Shown here in pieces: positions 38,987 to 48,151 of a stretch of DNA of 64,000 nt (positions are counted from its first letter, which is position 1; the number at the start of each line of letters is the position of its first letter). The translations under genes were made by a program, and so were the position numbers. Location of the stretch: assembly GCA_022616195.1 (NCBI GenBank), contig JAKEFG010000015.1, forward strand, positions 9,354 through 73,353, read 5' to 3'. Source of the stretch: Candidatus Wolfebacteria bacterium (lineage in GTDB: Bacteria > Patescibacteriota > Minisyncoccia > Phycocordibacterales > EsbW-18). The notes beneath the pieces were generated by a model. It was not told where the DNA came from. It saw nothing but the letters and a program-made list of their open reading frames with translations, and did not search any database.

Positions 38987-40210
38987 ATGTCTACACGGAA
39001 GAACATATTTCTTTGGGCTTTATACGACTTCGCAAACTCAGTAGTTTCAATTGTATTTTTTCTTTATTTCTCACAGTGGATTGTTATTGACCAAGGTGTT
39101 GCAGACATCTGGTTTAATCTTGTTTTTACCATAGCCGCAGTGCTTTTGTTACTCTCTGTTCCTACCACGGGGGCATTGTTAGATAAATACTGGAGACGTA
39201 TTACTGGTCTGCGCTATACCACGTTTGGTACCGTCATTTCGTATGGACTATGCGGTGTTCTCGCTATTTTGGGATACGGTGTTCCAGCCCTCATATTGTT
39301 TGGAGTCGGTTGGTATATCTATCTTCTTTCTTTCACGTTTTATACTCCTCTTCTCAATGACATAGCGTCCCCCGAAAGACGTGGCCGTGTTTCGGGTTAC
39401 GGTATAGCGGCGAATTACTTAGGACAAATAGCCGGCTTGATACTTGTTCTACCGTTTGCCACGGGGAGTGTTAACTTATTCGGGGGTTCTCTTAGGGCCG
39501 AGACGTTATTGCCTTCCGTGGTTGTATTTTTGTTGCTTGCTTTACCGATGCTTATTTTCTTTAAAGAACCACACAAAGAGCAAAAATCATTTTCGTTGTC
39601 AGTAGAAATCAAGCAATCATTGGTGAAGACCAAGGAACTTTTTATGGTCTCTGGCGTTCTCGCTTTTTTCCTAGCGTATTTTTTCTTTAACGACGCTATT
39701 TTGACCGCGGCTAACAACTTCTCCATTTTCCTTGAACAGGTGTGGAAGGTTCCTGATACTACCAAAACGTATATACTTCTCGGGATCCTAATTACTTCTG
39801 CGATTGGTGGGCTTGTATCTGGTCCGATTGCAGACAGATTTGGTCACAAAAAGACGCTTATTGTTATACTCTCTGGGTTGGTTGTCATTTTGCCGTTTAT
39901 TGCTTGGGTAAGTAACTTTACCCTGTTTGTCGTCGCCACTGCGCTAATGGGGCTGTGGTTTGGCTCAAACTGGACAGTGTCTCGTTCATTGATGAGTCAC
40001 CTTGCTCCGACAAGTGGGCACAACCTCACGTTTGGATATTTTGGTTTAGTAGAACGAGCATCGTCTTTAGTGGGCCCTGTCGTATGGGGACTCATAGCCA
40101 CAAATCTTGTGTCTATAGGGCCTACGAGGTATAGAATAGCAGCAACAATCGTAACGCTGTTCATTCTCTTGGGTCTGGTTGCGATGAGGAAGGTCCCTAA
40201 GGGAGCTTGA
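38987..40210 (+). CDS. MFS transporter, UMF1/Atg22-like family
   Basis: 12 TM; N-terminal LWALYDFANS motif characteristic of UMF1. Confidence 0.85.
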   Translation: MSTRKNIFLWALYDFANSVVSIVFFLYFSQWIVIDQGVADIWFNLVFTIAAVLLLLSVPTTGALLDKYWRRITGLRYTTFGTVISYGLCGVLAILGYGVPALILFGVGWYIYLLSFTFYTPLLNDIASPERRGRVSGYGIAANYLGQIAGLILVLPFATGSVNLFGGSLRAETLLPSVVVFLLLALPMLIFFKEPHKEQKSFSLSVEIKQSLVKTKELFMVSGVLAFFLAYFFFNDAILTAANNFSIFLEQVWKVPDTTKTYILLGILITSAIGGLVSGPIADRFGHKKTLIVILSGLVVILPFIAWVSNFTLFVVATALMGLWFGSNWTVSRSLMSHLAPTSGHNLTFGYFGLVERASSLVGPVVWGLIATNLVSIGPTRYRIAATIVTLFILLGLVAMRKVPKGA

Positions 40211-40285
40211 ACTTTTCACAATCTCGTGGTAGAATGAACCTAACCGAGAAAGAACCCTTGTTTTGGTCCTTTTGAAGGTATTGTA

Positions 40286-41533
40286 ATGCAGACATCGAGA
40301 ACTCACAGAGGAAAACGCCCGGGTCGGGAAGGGCGTCCTTTTCACCACGGGCGGAGGGGACAACCCTCGCGCGCGCCCTTTCGCGCGCGCGGTCAGGGCG
40401 GACAGCGAGGGCGAAAGCGCTTTTTATCAGAGCGGATTGACGTCTCCCGCTACATCAACAAGGCGGTCATTACCGAGGCGGTGGAGCACTTTGTTCCCGA
40501 GCACCGGTTTGCCGACTTTGCCATTGACGCGCGCCTCAAAGCGGCTATTGCTAAAAAGGGCTACACGGAGCCGACCCCCATCCAAGACCGCACTATTTCG
40601 CACATTCTCCGCAGGGAAGACGTGGTGGGGATTGCCAACACCGGCACGGGGAAAACCGCGGCGTTCCTCGTTCCCTTGATTGACAAGATATTGAAACACA
40701 AAGACGAGCGAGTACTCGTTATGGTGCCGACGCGCGAGCTTGCCCAGCAGATTGAAGGGGAACTTCGCGGCTTTGCGGCGGGGCTCTCCGTTCACGGCGT
40801 GGTCTGCGTCGGGGGCGTCGGCATCGGCGCACAGATGGCAGGGCTTCGCCGGAGACCGCACTTCGTCATCGGGACGCCGGGACGGCTCAAGGATCTTCTG
40901 GAACGCAAGGCGCTCTCGCTTGCCGATTTCCGGACCGCTGTCTTGGACGAGGCGGACCGCATGCTTGATATGGGATTTGTGCATGATATGCGCAAAATCC
41001 TCTCGCTCCTCCCGTCGCCGCGCCACACGCTCTTCTTTGCCGCGACGTTTTCGCGCGAGATTGAAAAGCTGGTGGGGGAGTTTCTGCGCACGCCCGTGCG
41101 CGTGAGCGTCAAGACACAGGAAACCGCCGCATCCATTGAGCAGGACGTGGTACGCATACCGCCCGGAAAGCAGAAGCTGGACGTACTCTATGACCTTTTG
41201 ATACAACCCGCCTTCAACAAAGTGCTTGTCTTCGGACGCACCAAGTGGGGCGTTGAAAAGCTTGCTAAAGCACTTGTGGCTAAGGGGATACGCGCGGAGT
41301 CCATTCATGGCAACAAGACACAGGGCAGGCGCCAGCGGGCGCTTGACCTCTTTAAGCGCGACCACGTGCAGGTCTTGGTGGCAACCGATGTCGCGGCGCG
41401 CGGGCTTGATATCGTGGGCGTGTCGCACGTCATCAACTTTGACCTGCCCGCGTCGCACGAGGACTATATTCACCGTGTCGGCAGAACGGGACGCGCCGGG
41501 AAACGCGGCACAGCACTCACATTCATTGACTAA
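40286..41533 (+). CDS. DEAD-box ATP-dependent RNA helicase with ~45-aa Arg/Gly-rich N-terminal extension
   Basis: Q motif, GTGKT (motif I), DEAD, SAT-like FAATFS, HRVGRTGRAG (motif VI). Confidence 0.93.
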   Translation: MQTSRTHRGKRPGREGRPFHHGRRGQPSRAPFRARGQGGQRGRKRFLSERIDVSRYINKAVITEAVEHFVPEHRFADFAIDARLKAAIAKKGYTEPTPIQDRTISHILRREDVVGIANTGTGKTAAFLVPLIDKILKHKDERVLVMVPTRELAQQIEGELRGFAAGLSVHGVVCVGGVGIGAQMAGLRRRPHFVIGTPGRLKDLLERKALSLADFRTAVLDEADRMLDMGFVHDMRKILSLLPSPRHTLFFAATFSREIEKLVGEFLRTPVRVSVKTQETAASIEQDVVRIPPGKQKLDVLYDLLIQPAFNKVLVFGRTKWGVEKLAKALVAKGIRAESIHGNKTQGRRQRALDLFKRDHVQVLVATDVAARGLDIVGVSHVINFDLPASHEDYIHRVGRTGRAGKRGTALTFID

Positions 41534-41708
41534 CGTGCGCGGCGGAATGTCGTTGTTCTGCATTTTCTCGGAGTGCTGGCCGGTAACCCCTTCAGGAGAA
41601 ACGGCGGTGATGCCAAGTGGGCATCACAAAGAACTCTTGTTTTTGAACGGTATGATATACTGGACTGGTATCGGTCGGTATTACTACACTAACTACACAT
41701 ACTATATT

Positions 41709-41900
41709 ATGATGAAGCTAACGTGCAAAGACCTTAACCCCAACTCAACGTGTCATTATGAGGCGCACGGGGAGACCGCCAAGGAAGTCGCGGAGAATAT
41801 GATGGCGCATGCTACGGCAGAGCACGCCGCAGATTTGGAGAAGATGGGTATGTCGGATGAAGAGATGATGCAGCTGCTTGAGTCAAAGGCGCATGAGTAA
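41709..41900 (+). CDS. DUF1059-family small protein
   Basis: MKLTCKDLNPNSTCHYEAHGETAKEVAENMMAHATAEH fits the Cx(n)CxF..GETEEEV..HA..H pattern. Confidence 0.55.
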   Translation: MMKLTCKDLNPNSTCHYEAHGETAKEVAENMMAHATAEHAADLEKMGMSDEEMMQLLESKAHE

Positions 41901-41965
41901 CATTTGCGCTTCCGTGTTACGGAGGTGGTTTGGGAAATTGTCAGTGTAAAATACTTTAGGGAAGT

Positions 41966-42337
41966 ATGAATGAACACAACGCTTCAGATATGAAACAAGA
42001 GGAGTCCCCGCAAGGAGCCGCTCCTCAGCAGAACACGGGTGGAAACAGAACACTTATGAGTGTTCTGGCCTACATCGGACCGCTTGTTATTATTTCGTAT
42101 CTGTTCGCGAAGGATAATCCGTTTGTAAAATTTCACATCAAGCAGGGGCTGGTACTCTTCGTCATTGAAATTGTCGCGTGGTTTCTCGGTATGATGGTGT
42201 GGGTGCTCTGGCCGCTCGTCAACATCGTGAATCTCATCACCCTCATACTTTCCATTGTCGGCATTGTGAACGTGGTGAAAGGGAGAGAGAAAATGCTCCC
42301 GCTCGTGGGTTCGCTCGCCAAGCACTTCCCGATATAA
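41966..42337 (+). CDS. DUF4870-family membrane protein
   Basis: LAYIGPLVIISYLFAKDNPFVKFHIKQGLVL motif, 2-3 TM. Confidence 0.6.
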   Translation: MNEHNASDMKQEESPQGAAPQQNTGGNRTLMSVLAYIGPLVIISYLFAKDNPFVKFHIKQGLVLFVIEIVAWFLGMMVWVLWPLVNIVNLITLILSIVGIVNVVKGREKMLPLVGSLAKHFPI

Positions 42338-42349
42338 TCCGCCTACGGC

Positions 42350-42898
42350 ATGAGCTTGCCCACGCGAGAGGACGCGGAGAAGCTTCTTGATGCGCATGTT
42401 GCCGATGCGTACCAACGGTACCACGCGCGAATGGTTGCCGTTGCCATGGAGGGCTACGCAGGACTCTACAACGAGGACGCGGAGTTGTGGTATCTCACGG
42501 GGCTCTTGCACGACATTGATTTTGAGAAGCACCCGAATGAACATCCGGCGCGGGCGCTCGCATGGTTTCACGAGTGGGGATATCCCGATAGTGTGATACA
42601 CGCGGTAGAGGCGCACGCGCACGGGTACAACAATTTCACAACACTACCAGAGACGAAGCTTGCCGCGGCGCTTCTCGCATGCGACGAAATTAGCGGCATT
42701 TTCTACGCGTACCAAAAACTGAATCCCGTCCCGTTCGGTACTATGAAGGTTTCGTCAATCAAAAAGCGGCTGAACGAGAAATCATTTGCCGCCAAAATTG
42801 AACGGGGGAGTATCTACCTTGGCTGTGAAAAACTCGGCGTTGACCTTGATACGCACATCGGTAACCTCATTCGATTTTTCTCCGCGCTCGACGCATAA
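42350..42898 (+). CDS. HD-domain phosphohydrolase
   Basis: H..HD motif (LLHDIDFEKHPNEH), further His residues; ATG 12 nt after TATAAT. Confidence 0.8.
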   Translation: MSLPTREDAEKLLDAHVADAYQRYHARMVAVAMEGYAGLYNEDAELWYLTGLLHDIDFEKHPNEHPARALAWFHEWGYPDSVIHAVEAHAHGYNNFTTLPETKLAAALLACDEISGIFYAYQKLNPVPFGTMKVSSIKKRLNEKSFAAKIERGSIYLGCEKLGVDLDTHIGNLIRFFSALDA

Positions 42899-42904
42899 CG
42901 CACC

Positions 42905-43792
42905 ATGCTTGCTGTCTTAAGAGTTGTTGTCCTCGCGGTCATATTCATTGCGTTCGGCGCGTGGTACGCGTACGATGTGCCCGCGCCGCCGGAACCTGCC
43001 GCGTTTCGGGAGGTGTCTACTGCGGATGTTGCGGTTGACACGATTGTGCCCGATGGCGCGCCCGCAGCGCCCGCTTCTGCTCGACAAGCCGAGCGGCGAC
43101 CGTCAGGATGGTCGCTCCTCTACGACTCGGCGCTCTCCGCCGACGCTATTGTGGCGCTCACCAACGCGGAGCGTCGTGCGACGGGGCTCGCCGCGCTCAC
43201 CCCAAACAGCGCGCTCGCGCAGGCGGCACTTGCCAAGGCAGAGGACATTCTCGCGCGCGGCTATTTTGAGCACATCGCGCCCGACGGCACCCGCCCGGCC
43301 GACCTCGCCCTCCGCGCGGGATATCCGTACATCCTTATCGGTGAGAACCTCGCGCTCGGCGAGTTCAAGAGCAGTGAAGAGGTGGTCGCAGGCTGGATGG
43401 AAAGCACGGAGCACCGCGAGAACATTCTCCACGAGCGGTATCGTGATATTGGCGTCGCGCTTCTTGAGGGAGAATTTGAAGGCGAGGAGCTTTTTGTTGC
43501 GGTACAGGAGTTTGGTATGCCCCGCTCTGCGTGTCCCGAGCTCCCGACGACGCTCGGCAATATTCTTGCAGCGTATGAGGTGGAGCTTGACGCACTCCGT
43601 TTGCGACTCAACGACGAGTATGCGGCACTTGACGCGACCGAGAAAAAATACGGCGGAGCGTACGGAGAACGCGTTGACGCGTACAACGCCGCGGTGGAAG
43701 CGTTCAACTGGCTTCTGATGACGGTGAAAGATCGTACCGTGGAGTACAATGACCAAGTCCGTGCGTTCAACGTGTGTGTTGAGGGGATATAA
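42905..43792 (+). CDS. CAP/SCP/PR1-like (YkwD) domain protein, membrane-anchored
   Basis: N-terminal TM; LTNAERRATGLAALTPNSALAQAALAKAEDILARGYFEHIAPDG..GENLALGEFKSSEEVVAGWMESTEHRENIL. Confidence 0.8.
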   Translation: MLAVLRVVVLAVIFIAFGAWYAYDVPAPPEPAAFREVSTADVAVDTIVPDGAPAAPASARQAERRPSGWSLLYDSALSADAIVALTNAERRATGLAALTPNSALAQAALAKAEDILARGYFEHIAPDGTRPADLALRAGYPYILIGENLALGEFKSSEEVVAGWMESTEHRENILHERYRDIGVALLEGEFEGEELFVAVQEFGMPRSACPELPTTLGNILAAYEVELDALRLRLNDEYAALDATEKKYGGAYGERVDAYNAAVEAFNWLLMTVKDRTVEYNDQVRAFNVCVEGI

Positions 43793-43838
43793 CAGGAGAG
43801 GATTGTGTGTTATAGTCACGTTTGTAAAAGAACCTGCT

Positions 43839-44711
43839 ATGCGTAAGCTGTCTCAAGATACACAATTTGCCGTTCTCGGAGCGGTCATTGTGCTTGGCGC
43901 GCTCGGGTATGTCATCTACGACCTCTCCGCGGACCGGACGGCGCTCCAGAGCCGCGCTCGAGAACTTGAAGGGAAACTTGCCGAAACGGAGGAGATGCTC
44001 GCAGAGTCGGAAGAGGAGGGGAGACAACTCGCCGAGGCACTTGAAGCGGAGCAGGAACGCCTGCGCGATTTGGGCGAACAGGTGGAAGAAATTACCGGCA
44101 CGGTGGGGAACTTGGAAAAACTTGCCGAGCTTGCTCCGGAACTTCTGCAGAAATATTCCAAAGTGTATTTTTTGAACGAGCATTTCGCGCCGGAACGGCT
44201 TACGGACATTGACGCCGAGTTTCTTTACGACGAGAGCCGGGAGGAACAGGTGGACAGACGCGTCTGGCCGTTCCTTGAGGACTTGCTTGAGGACGCGCGA
44301 CGCGACGGCGTGGAACTCTACGTTGTTTCCGGCTATCGCTCATTCGGCACGCAGGCGGCGGTAAAGTCAAACTATGTCGTGCAGTACGGAAGCGGCGCAA
44401 ATACGTTCTCGGCGGAGCAGGGGTACTCGGAACACCAACTCGGTACCACGGCGGACTTCATTACCACAGGCATCGGCGGAACGCTTTCGGGTTTTGAGAA
44501 CACGGAAGCGTACGACTGGCTTCTGGAGAACGCACACAAGCATGGTTTTACGCTCTCGTACCCCGAGGGGAATGCTTTCTATATCTTTGAACCGTGGCAC
44601 TGGCGTTTTGTCGGACGCGACCTCGCGCGCGACTTGGACCGCAAAAATCTTCACTTCTACGACCTGCCGCAGACGGAGATAGACACGTATCTTTTGGAGA
44701 TTTTCGATTAA
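43839..44711 (+). CDS. M15-family D-Ala-D-Ala carboxypeptidase (VanY-like), membrane-anchored with coiled-coil linker
   Basis: SGYRSFGTQ and SEHQLGTTADF zinc-binding motifs. Confidence 0.8.
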   Translation: MRKLSQDTQFAVLGAVIVLGALGYVIYDLSADRTALQSRARELEGKLAETEEMLAESEEEGRQLAEALEAEQERLRDLGEQVEEITGTVGNLEKLAELAPELLQKYSKVYFLNEHFAPERLTDIDAEFLYDESREEQVDRRVWPFLEDLLEDARRDGVELYVVSGYRSFGTQAAVKSNYVVQYGSGANTFSAEQGYSEHQLGTTADFITTGIGGTLSGFENTEAYDWLLENAHKHGFTLSYPEGNAFYIFEPWHWRFVGRDLARDLDRKNLHFYDLPQTEIDTYLLEIFD

Positions 44712-44725
44712 CGCGAGAAGCCACA

Positions 44726-45175
44726 ATGACTGGCGCGTTTACTCTCAAGAGCCCCGCGTTTGCCCACAACGGTGTGATTCCCGCGAAGTACACCTGCGAC
44801 GGAGAAGATGTGAGCCCACCGCTTGCGTGGGAGAATATTCCGGAGGGGATACGGTTTTTGGTGCTTATCATGGACGACCCCGACGCGCCGCGCGGCACAT
44901 GGGTTCACTGGATTGTATTCAACATTCCGCCCGACACAGCCCGTATTGAAGAGGGGAAGGAGCCGGAAGGGGTTTCAGGGAACAACAGCTGGCTCACGTT
45001 GGGGTATGGCGGCCCGTGCCCGCCCGAGGGTGTACATCGCTACTTCTTTAAGCTCTACGCGCTTGACACCATGCTTGACTTGTCCGAGGGGGCGACAAAG
45101 GCGGAGGTTGAAGCGGCAATGACAGGACACATACTCGCAGAAACGACGCTCATAGGATTGTACGAGCGGAGCTAG
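44726..45175 (+). CDS. YbhB/YbcL-family PEBP (Raf-kinase-inhibitor-like) protein
   Basis: DDPDAPRGTWVHW and GPCPPEGVHRYFF motifs. Confidence 0.85.
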   Translation: MTGAFTLKSPAFAHNGVIPAKYTCDGEDVSPPLAWENIPEGIRFLVLIMDDPDAPRGTWVHWIVFNIPPDTARIEEGKEPEGVSGNNSWLTLGYGGPCPPEGVHRYFFKLYALDTMLDLSEGATKAEVEAAMTGHILAETTLIGLYERS

Positions 45176-45232
45176 TTTCTGCGAGAAATTCGAAGCACGA
45201 AATCCGAAGCTCGAAACAAATCATAAATTCCA

Positions 45233-45517
45233 ATGTCTAAAACAGTGAGGGTGAAGGTGACGCCGGGAGCGAAGAAAGAGTTGGTTGAAAAGGTGTCGGA
45301 TGATATGTTTCGTGTCGCGGTGCGTGAGGAGGCGGAGCGGAATCAGGCGAACATCCGAGTGCAGGAACTTCTTGCGCGGCAGTTTGCGGTATCGGTGCAA
45401 AACGTTAGAATAGTGGCGGGGCATCATTCCCGAACGAAACGGTTTGAAATCAATGTGGAGTCAGTACCATCTCTAAGAGTTTATGATAAACACAAACATC
45501 AAAGCGACCAACATTGA
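45233..45517 (+). CDS. DUF167 (YggU-like) protein
   Basis: VKVTPGAKKE..ANIRVQELLARQF..V.IV.GHHSRTKRFEI. Confidence 0.7.
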   Translation: MSKTVRVKVTPGAKKELVEKVSDDMFRVAVREEAERNQANIRVQELLARQFAVSVQNVRIVAGHHSRTKRFEINVESVPSLRVYDKHKHQSDQH

Positions 45518-45875
45518 GCTTACGCCCGCAATCAGGGCGTATGTGGAGGAGAAGGTGGTGATGCTTGGAAAGCTTATTGACCCGAATGATACGATTGCGC
45601 GCGCGGACGTTGAGGTCGGACAAACGACGAAACATCACCAGTCGGGCGACATTTTTCGCGCGGAAATAAATCTTCACATCGCGGGGGCGGATTTGCGCAC
45701 CGAGTCAGAGCGGGAAGATCTCTACGCGGCAATAGATGAAGCAAAGGATGAGCTCATGCGCCAGCTACGAAAGGAAAAGACGAAGCGCACCGATCTCGTG
45801 CGCAGAGGCGGACTCGCATTGAAACGCATGCTTCACCGATTTAGCCGTTCTAACGAAGCTGAAGACAATGTCTAA
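45483..45875 (+). CDS. hpf: ribosome hibernation promoting factor / RaiA family
   Basis: MINTNIKATNIELTPAIRAYVEEKVVMLGK. Confidence 0.85.
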   Translation: MINTNIKATNIELTPAIRAYVEEKVVMLGKLIDPNDTIARADVEVGQTTKHHQSGDIFRAEINLHIAGADLRTESEREDLYAAIDEAKDELMRQLRKEKTKRTDLVRRGGLALKRMLHRFSRSNEAEDNV

Positions 45876-46500
45876 GACCATACAACTACTTGTGTCGCTT
45901 GCAGGCGCCGTTGTGGTGCTTGCGGTGATACTTGGATTCCTGCATTATCTACAACGCGCCGACACGTCGCCGGCGGTTGACACTGATACACGTATGGAAA
46001 ACGATGTACAAGCACAACTTCCTCGCGCCGTGCTGAAGACGAGCAAGGGAACGATTGAACTGGAATTGTTTGAAGGGGAAGCACCCGAGACGGTCGGCAA
46101 CTTCATCGCGCTTGCCGAGGACGGTTTTTATGACGGGACGAGATTTCACCGCGTGATACCAAACTTTATGATTCAAGGGGGCGACCCGCTTTCCAAAGAT
46201 GACGACCAGAAAGAACTGTGGGGAACGGGTGGGCCGGGGTACATGTTTTCCGACGAGTTTACGGAGGAACTCTCTAACGTGCGCGGGACGATTGCCATGG
46301 CGAATGCGGGACCTGACACCAACGGGAGCCAGTTTTTCATCAACATTGTCGACAACACGTTCTTAGATGGCAAGCACGCGGTATTCGGGCGCGTCGTCGA
46401 CGGAATGGAGATCGTGGATGCAATTGTAGGTGTACCGACCGAGGGGCCTGACCGCCCCGTTGACGACATCGTGCTTGAGAAAGTGACTATTGAGAGGTAG
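45868..46500 (+). CDS. cyclophilin-type peptidyl-prolyl cis-trans isomerase, N-terminally anchored
   Basis: FHRVIPNFMIQGGDP..GTIAMANAGPDTNGSQFFI..HAVFGRVVDGMEIV. Confidence 0.9.
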   Translation: MSKTIQLLVSLAGAVVVLAVILGFLHYLQRADTSPAVDTDTRMENDVQAQLPRAVLKTSKGTIELELFEGEAPETVGNFIALAEDGFYDGTRFHRVIPNFMIQGGDPLSKDDDQKELWGTGGPGYMFSDEFTEELSNVRGTIAMANAGPDTNGSQFFINIVDNTFLDGKHAVFGRVVDGMEIVDAIVGVPTEGPDRPVDDIVLEKVTIER

Positions 46501-47371
46501 GTTCGTTTCGCCGAAGGAAGCTCTCGTAGTCCATTTCATGTTTCCCTTCGGGGATGACTTTCTTGATGGTGAGCTTGCCGTCACGATAGTTTGCGTCGGT
46601 GATTTTAACGCGTACTTTTTTGCCGTTCTTCTCGGCAAAAAAGTACGCCTTGGGCCATGCATCATATGCCTGTATTGTGAGAAAGTTTTGATACGGGTTG
46701 TCGTTGAGGTCAATGTGTGCATCTTCTTTTTTAATAAGTTTGCAATATGTTGCTTCGTTGTGGTCTTGCTGCACCGCCGCAATTTCACCCGCAACCCATC
46801 TGGGTATGGTGTCGGCAAGCAGTTTGCCCCCGGTGTGAGCCAGTATTTTTGCTAATGTACTGGCCCGCAACGGCCACTCCTCATTTTTAATTTTTACTTT
46901 TTCATTTTGTACGACTGGCCCATGGTCCATCTCCTCGTCGATTTGCATGATGGTAACACCGACGTTACGGTCGTCACTGAGAATCTGTGTCTCCACAGGT
47001 GACGGTCCGCGGTATTTCGGCAGAAGCGATGGGTGTACATTCAAAACACCGTGTTTCGGGACGTCAGTGACCGTCCGTGGAATGATTTTGCCGTAGGCGG
47101 CAACGATAAACAACTCTAAGTCATACGTCTTAAGTTTTGAGAGAAAGCCAGGGTCGTTCAGTTTTTTGGGTTGAAGTGTGGAAATGCCGTGTATGTCTGC
47201 CCACACTTTGACCGGTGGCGGGGTAAGCTTCAAGCCGCGCCCTTTCGACCTGTCGGGCGCGGTTACAATGATGGCGGGTAGCAAGCCTGCACGCTCAAGT
47301 TCGTCAAGAACGATGACGGCAAACTCCGGCGTTCCAAAAAATGCAAAGGGGATGTTTTCTGAAGCTTTCAT
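46487..47371 (-). CDS. fmt: methionyl-tRNA formyltransferase
   Basis: FFGTPEFA, SLLPKYRGPSP, formyl-transferase fold; start at MKASEN. Confidence 0.9.
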   Translation of the reverse strand: MKASENIPFAFFGTPEFAVIVLDELERAGLLPAIIVTAPDRSKGRGLKLTPPPVKVWADIHGISTLQPKKLNDPGFLSKLKTYDLELFIVAAYGKIIPRTVTDVPKHGVLNVHPSLLPKYRGPSPVETQILSDDRNVGVTIMQIDEEMDHGPVVQNEKVKIKNEEWPLRASTLAKILAHTGGKLLADTIPRWVAGEIAAVQQDHNEATYCKLIKKEDAHIDLNDNPYQNFLTIQAYDAWPKAYFFAEKNGKKVRVKITDANYRDGKLTIKKVIPEGKHEMDYESFLRRNEPTSQ

Positions 47372-47443
47372 GATACATTCGGTTGTCTGAAACATTCTAA
47401 TATTCTATAGAATATTAGAATGTTTCAGCGTGGTTACGATGTC

Positions 47444-47965
47444 TTATGTCTCTGTTTTTTCAGAAAGTTTATAAACATCTTTTGCCTTATCGGTGTAGAG
47501 GACGCCGTTGAGGTGATCTATCTCATGCTGGAAGATTTGCGCGAGAAGCCCCGCTCCTTTGAGCGTGAAGGGCTTACCTGTCGCGTCGTATGCCTCAAGG
47601 GTTGCCTCAAGGGCCCGCTCCACCCTCCCCTGAAGCCCCTCAACGGAAAGACACCCTTCTTCAACCCACGCCGTTTCCTTCGAAGTATTAGTTAGTCGGG
47701 GATTGATAAAGACCAAGTCGGGATGCTTCTCGACTATCTCTCCTTTGTTGTCTCGCCGTGCGAAGAGCGTACCTGATACGATGAACATCCGGAGTGACTC
47801 TCCGATTTGCGGAGCGGCGAGCGCAACGCCGTGATGCTCACGAGCAAGCACTTTGGACATTTGTTCGGCAAGCGCCGAGATTCGCTCTCCACCAAGTTCA
47901 CCGGTCTCAATTTCGGCGGCTCTTTTCCGAAGAACCGGGTTATCTTTCTGGATAATGTCAGTCAT
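47444..47965 (-). CDS. def: peptide deformylase
   Basis: GVALAAPQIG, EGCLS, QHEIDHL motifs; start at MTDIIQ. Confidence 0.9.
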   Translation of the reverse strand: MTDIIQKDNPVLRKRAAEIETGELGGERISALAEQMSKVLAREHHGVALAAPQIGESLRMFIVSGTLFARRDNKGEIVEKHPDLVFINPRLTNTSKETAWVEEGCLSVEGLQGRVERALEATLEAYDATGKPFTLKGAGLLAQIFQHEIDHLNGVLYTDKAKDVYKLSEKTET

Positions 47966-47990
47966 GGGGAAAGTATACAAAGTACACGAG

Positions 47991-48033
47991 CTTAAAACAA
48001 AAAGCCCGCGCCGTGGAAGGGTCCAGCGCGGGG
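47991..48033 (-). terminator. minus-strand intrinsic-terminator-like element (GC hairpin cccgcgc..gcgcggg then CTTTTTGTTTTAAG on the minus strand), ~30 nt upstream of the def start codon
   Basis: read from sequence; possible attenuator. Confidence 0.45.
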
Positions 48034-48118
48034 GGGGAGGGCTCAGACCCCGGGCGGTGTGCGCCATCGCCAGTTGCGGAGTCTGAACCAGCTCACATTT
48101 TAAATCCGCTATTTTTAT

Positions 48119-48145
48119 TTGTCAACACACTCGTTGTGGTATAAC
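48119..48145 (+). promoter_or_regulatory. TTGTCA-15nt-TGgTATAAC promoter; -10 ends 6 nt before the mnmA ATG (leaderless)
   Basis: extended -10 with TG. Confidence 0.5.
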
Positions 48146-48151
48146 AAACCA

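Noticed and set aside
40427-41563. 378-aa minus-strand ORF opposite the DEAD-box helicase
   Set aside because: Antisense to a gene with all helicase motifs; no independent support.
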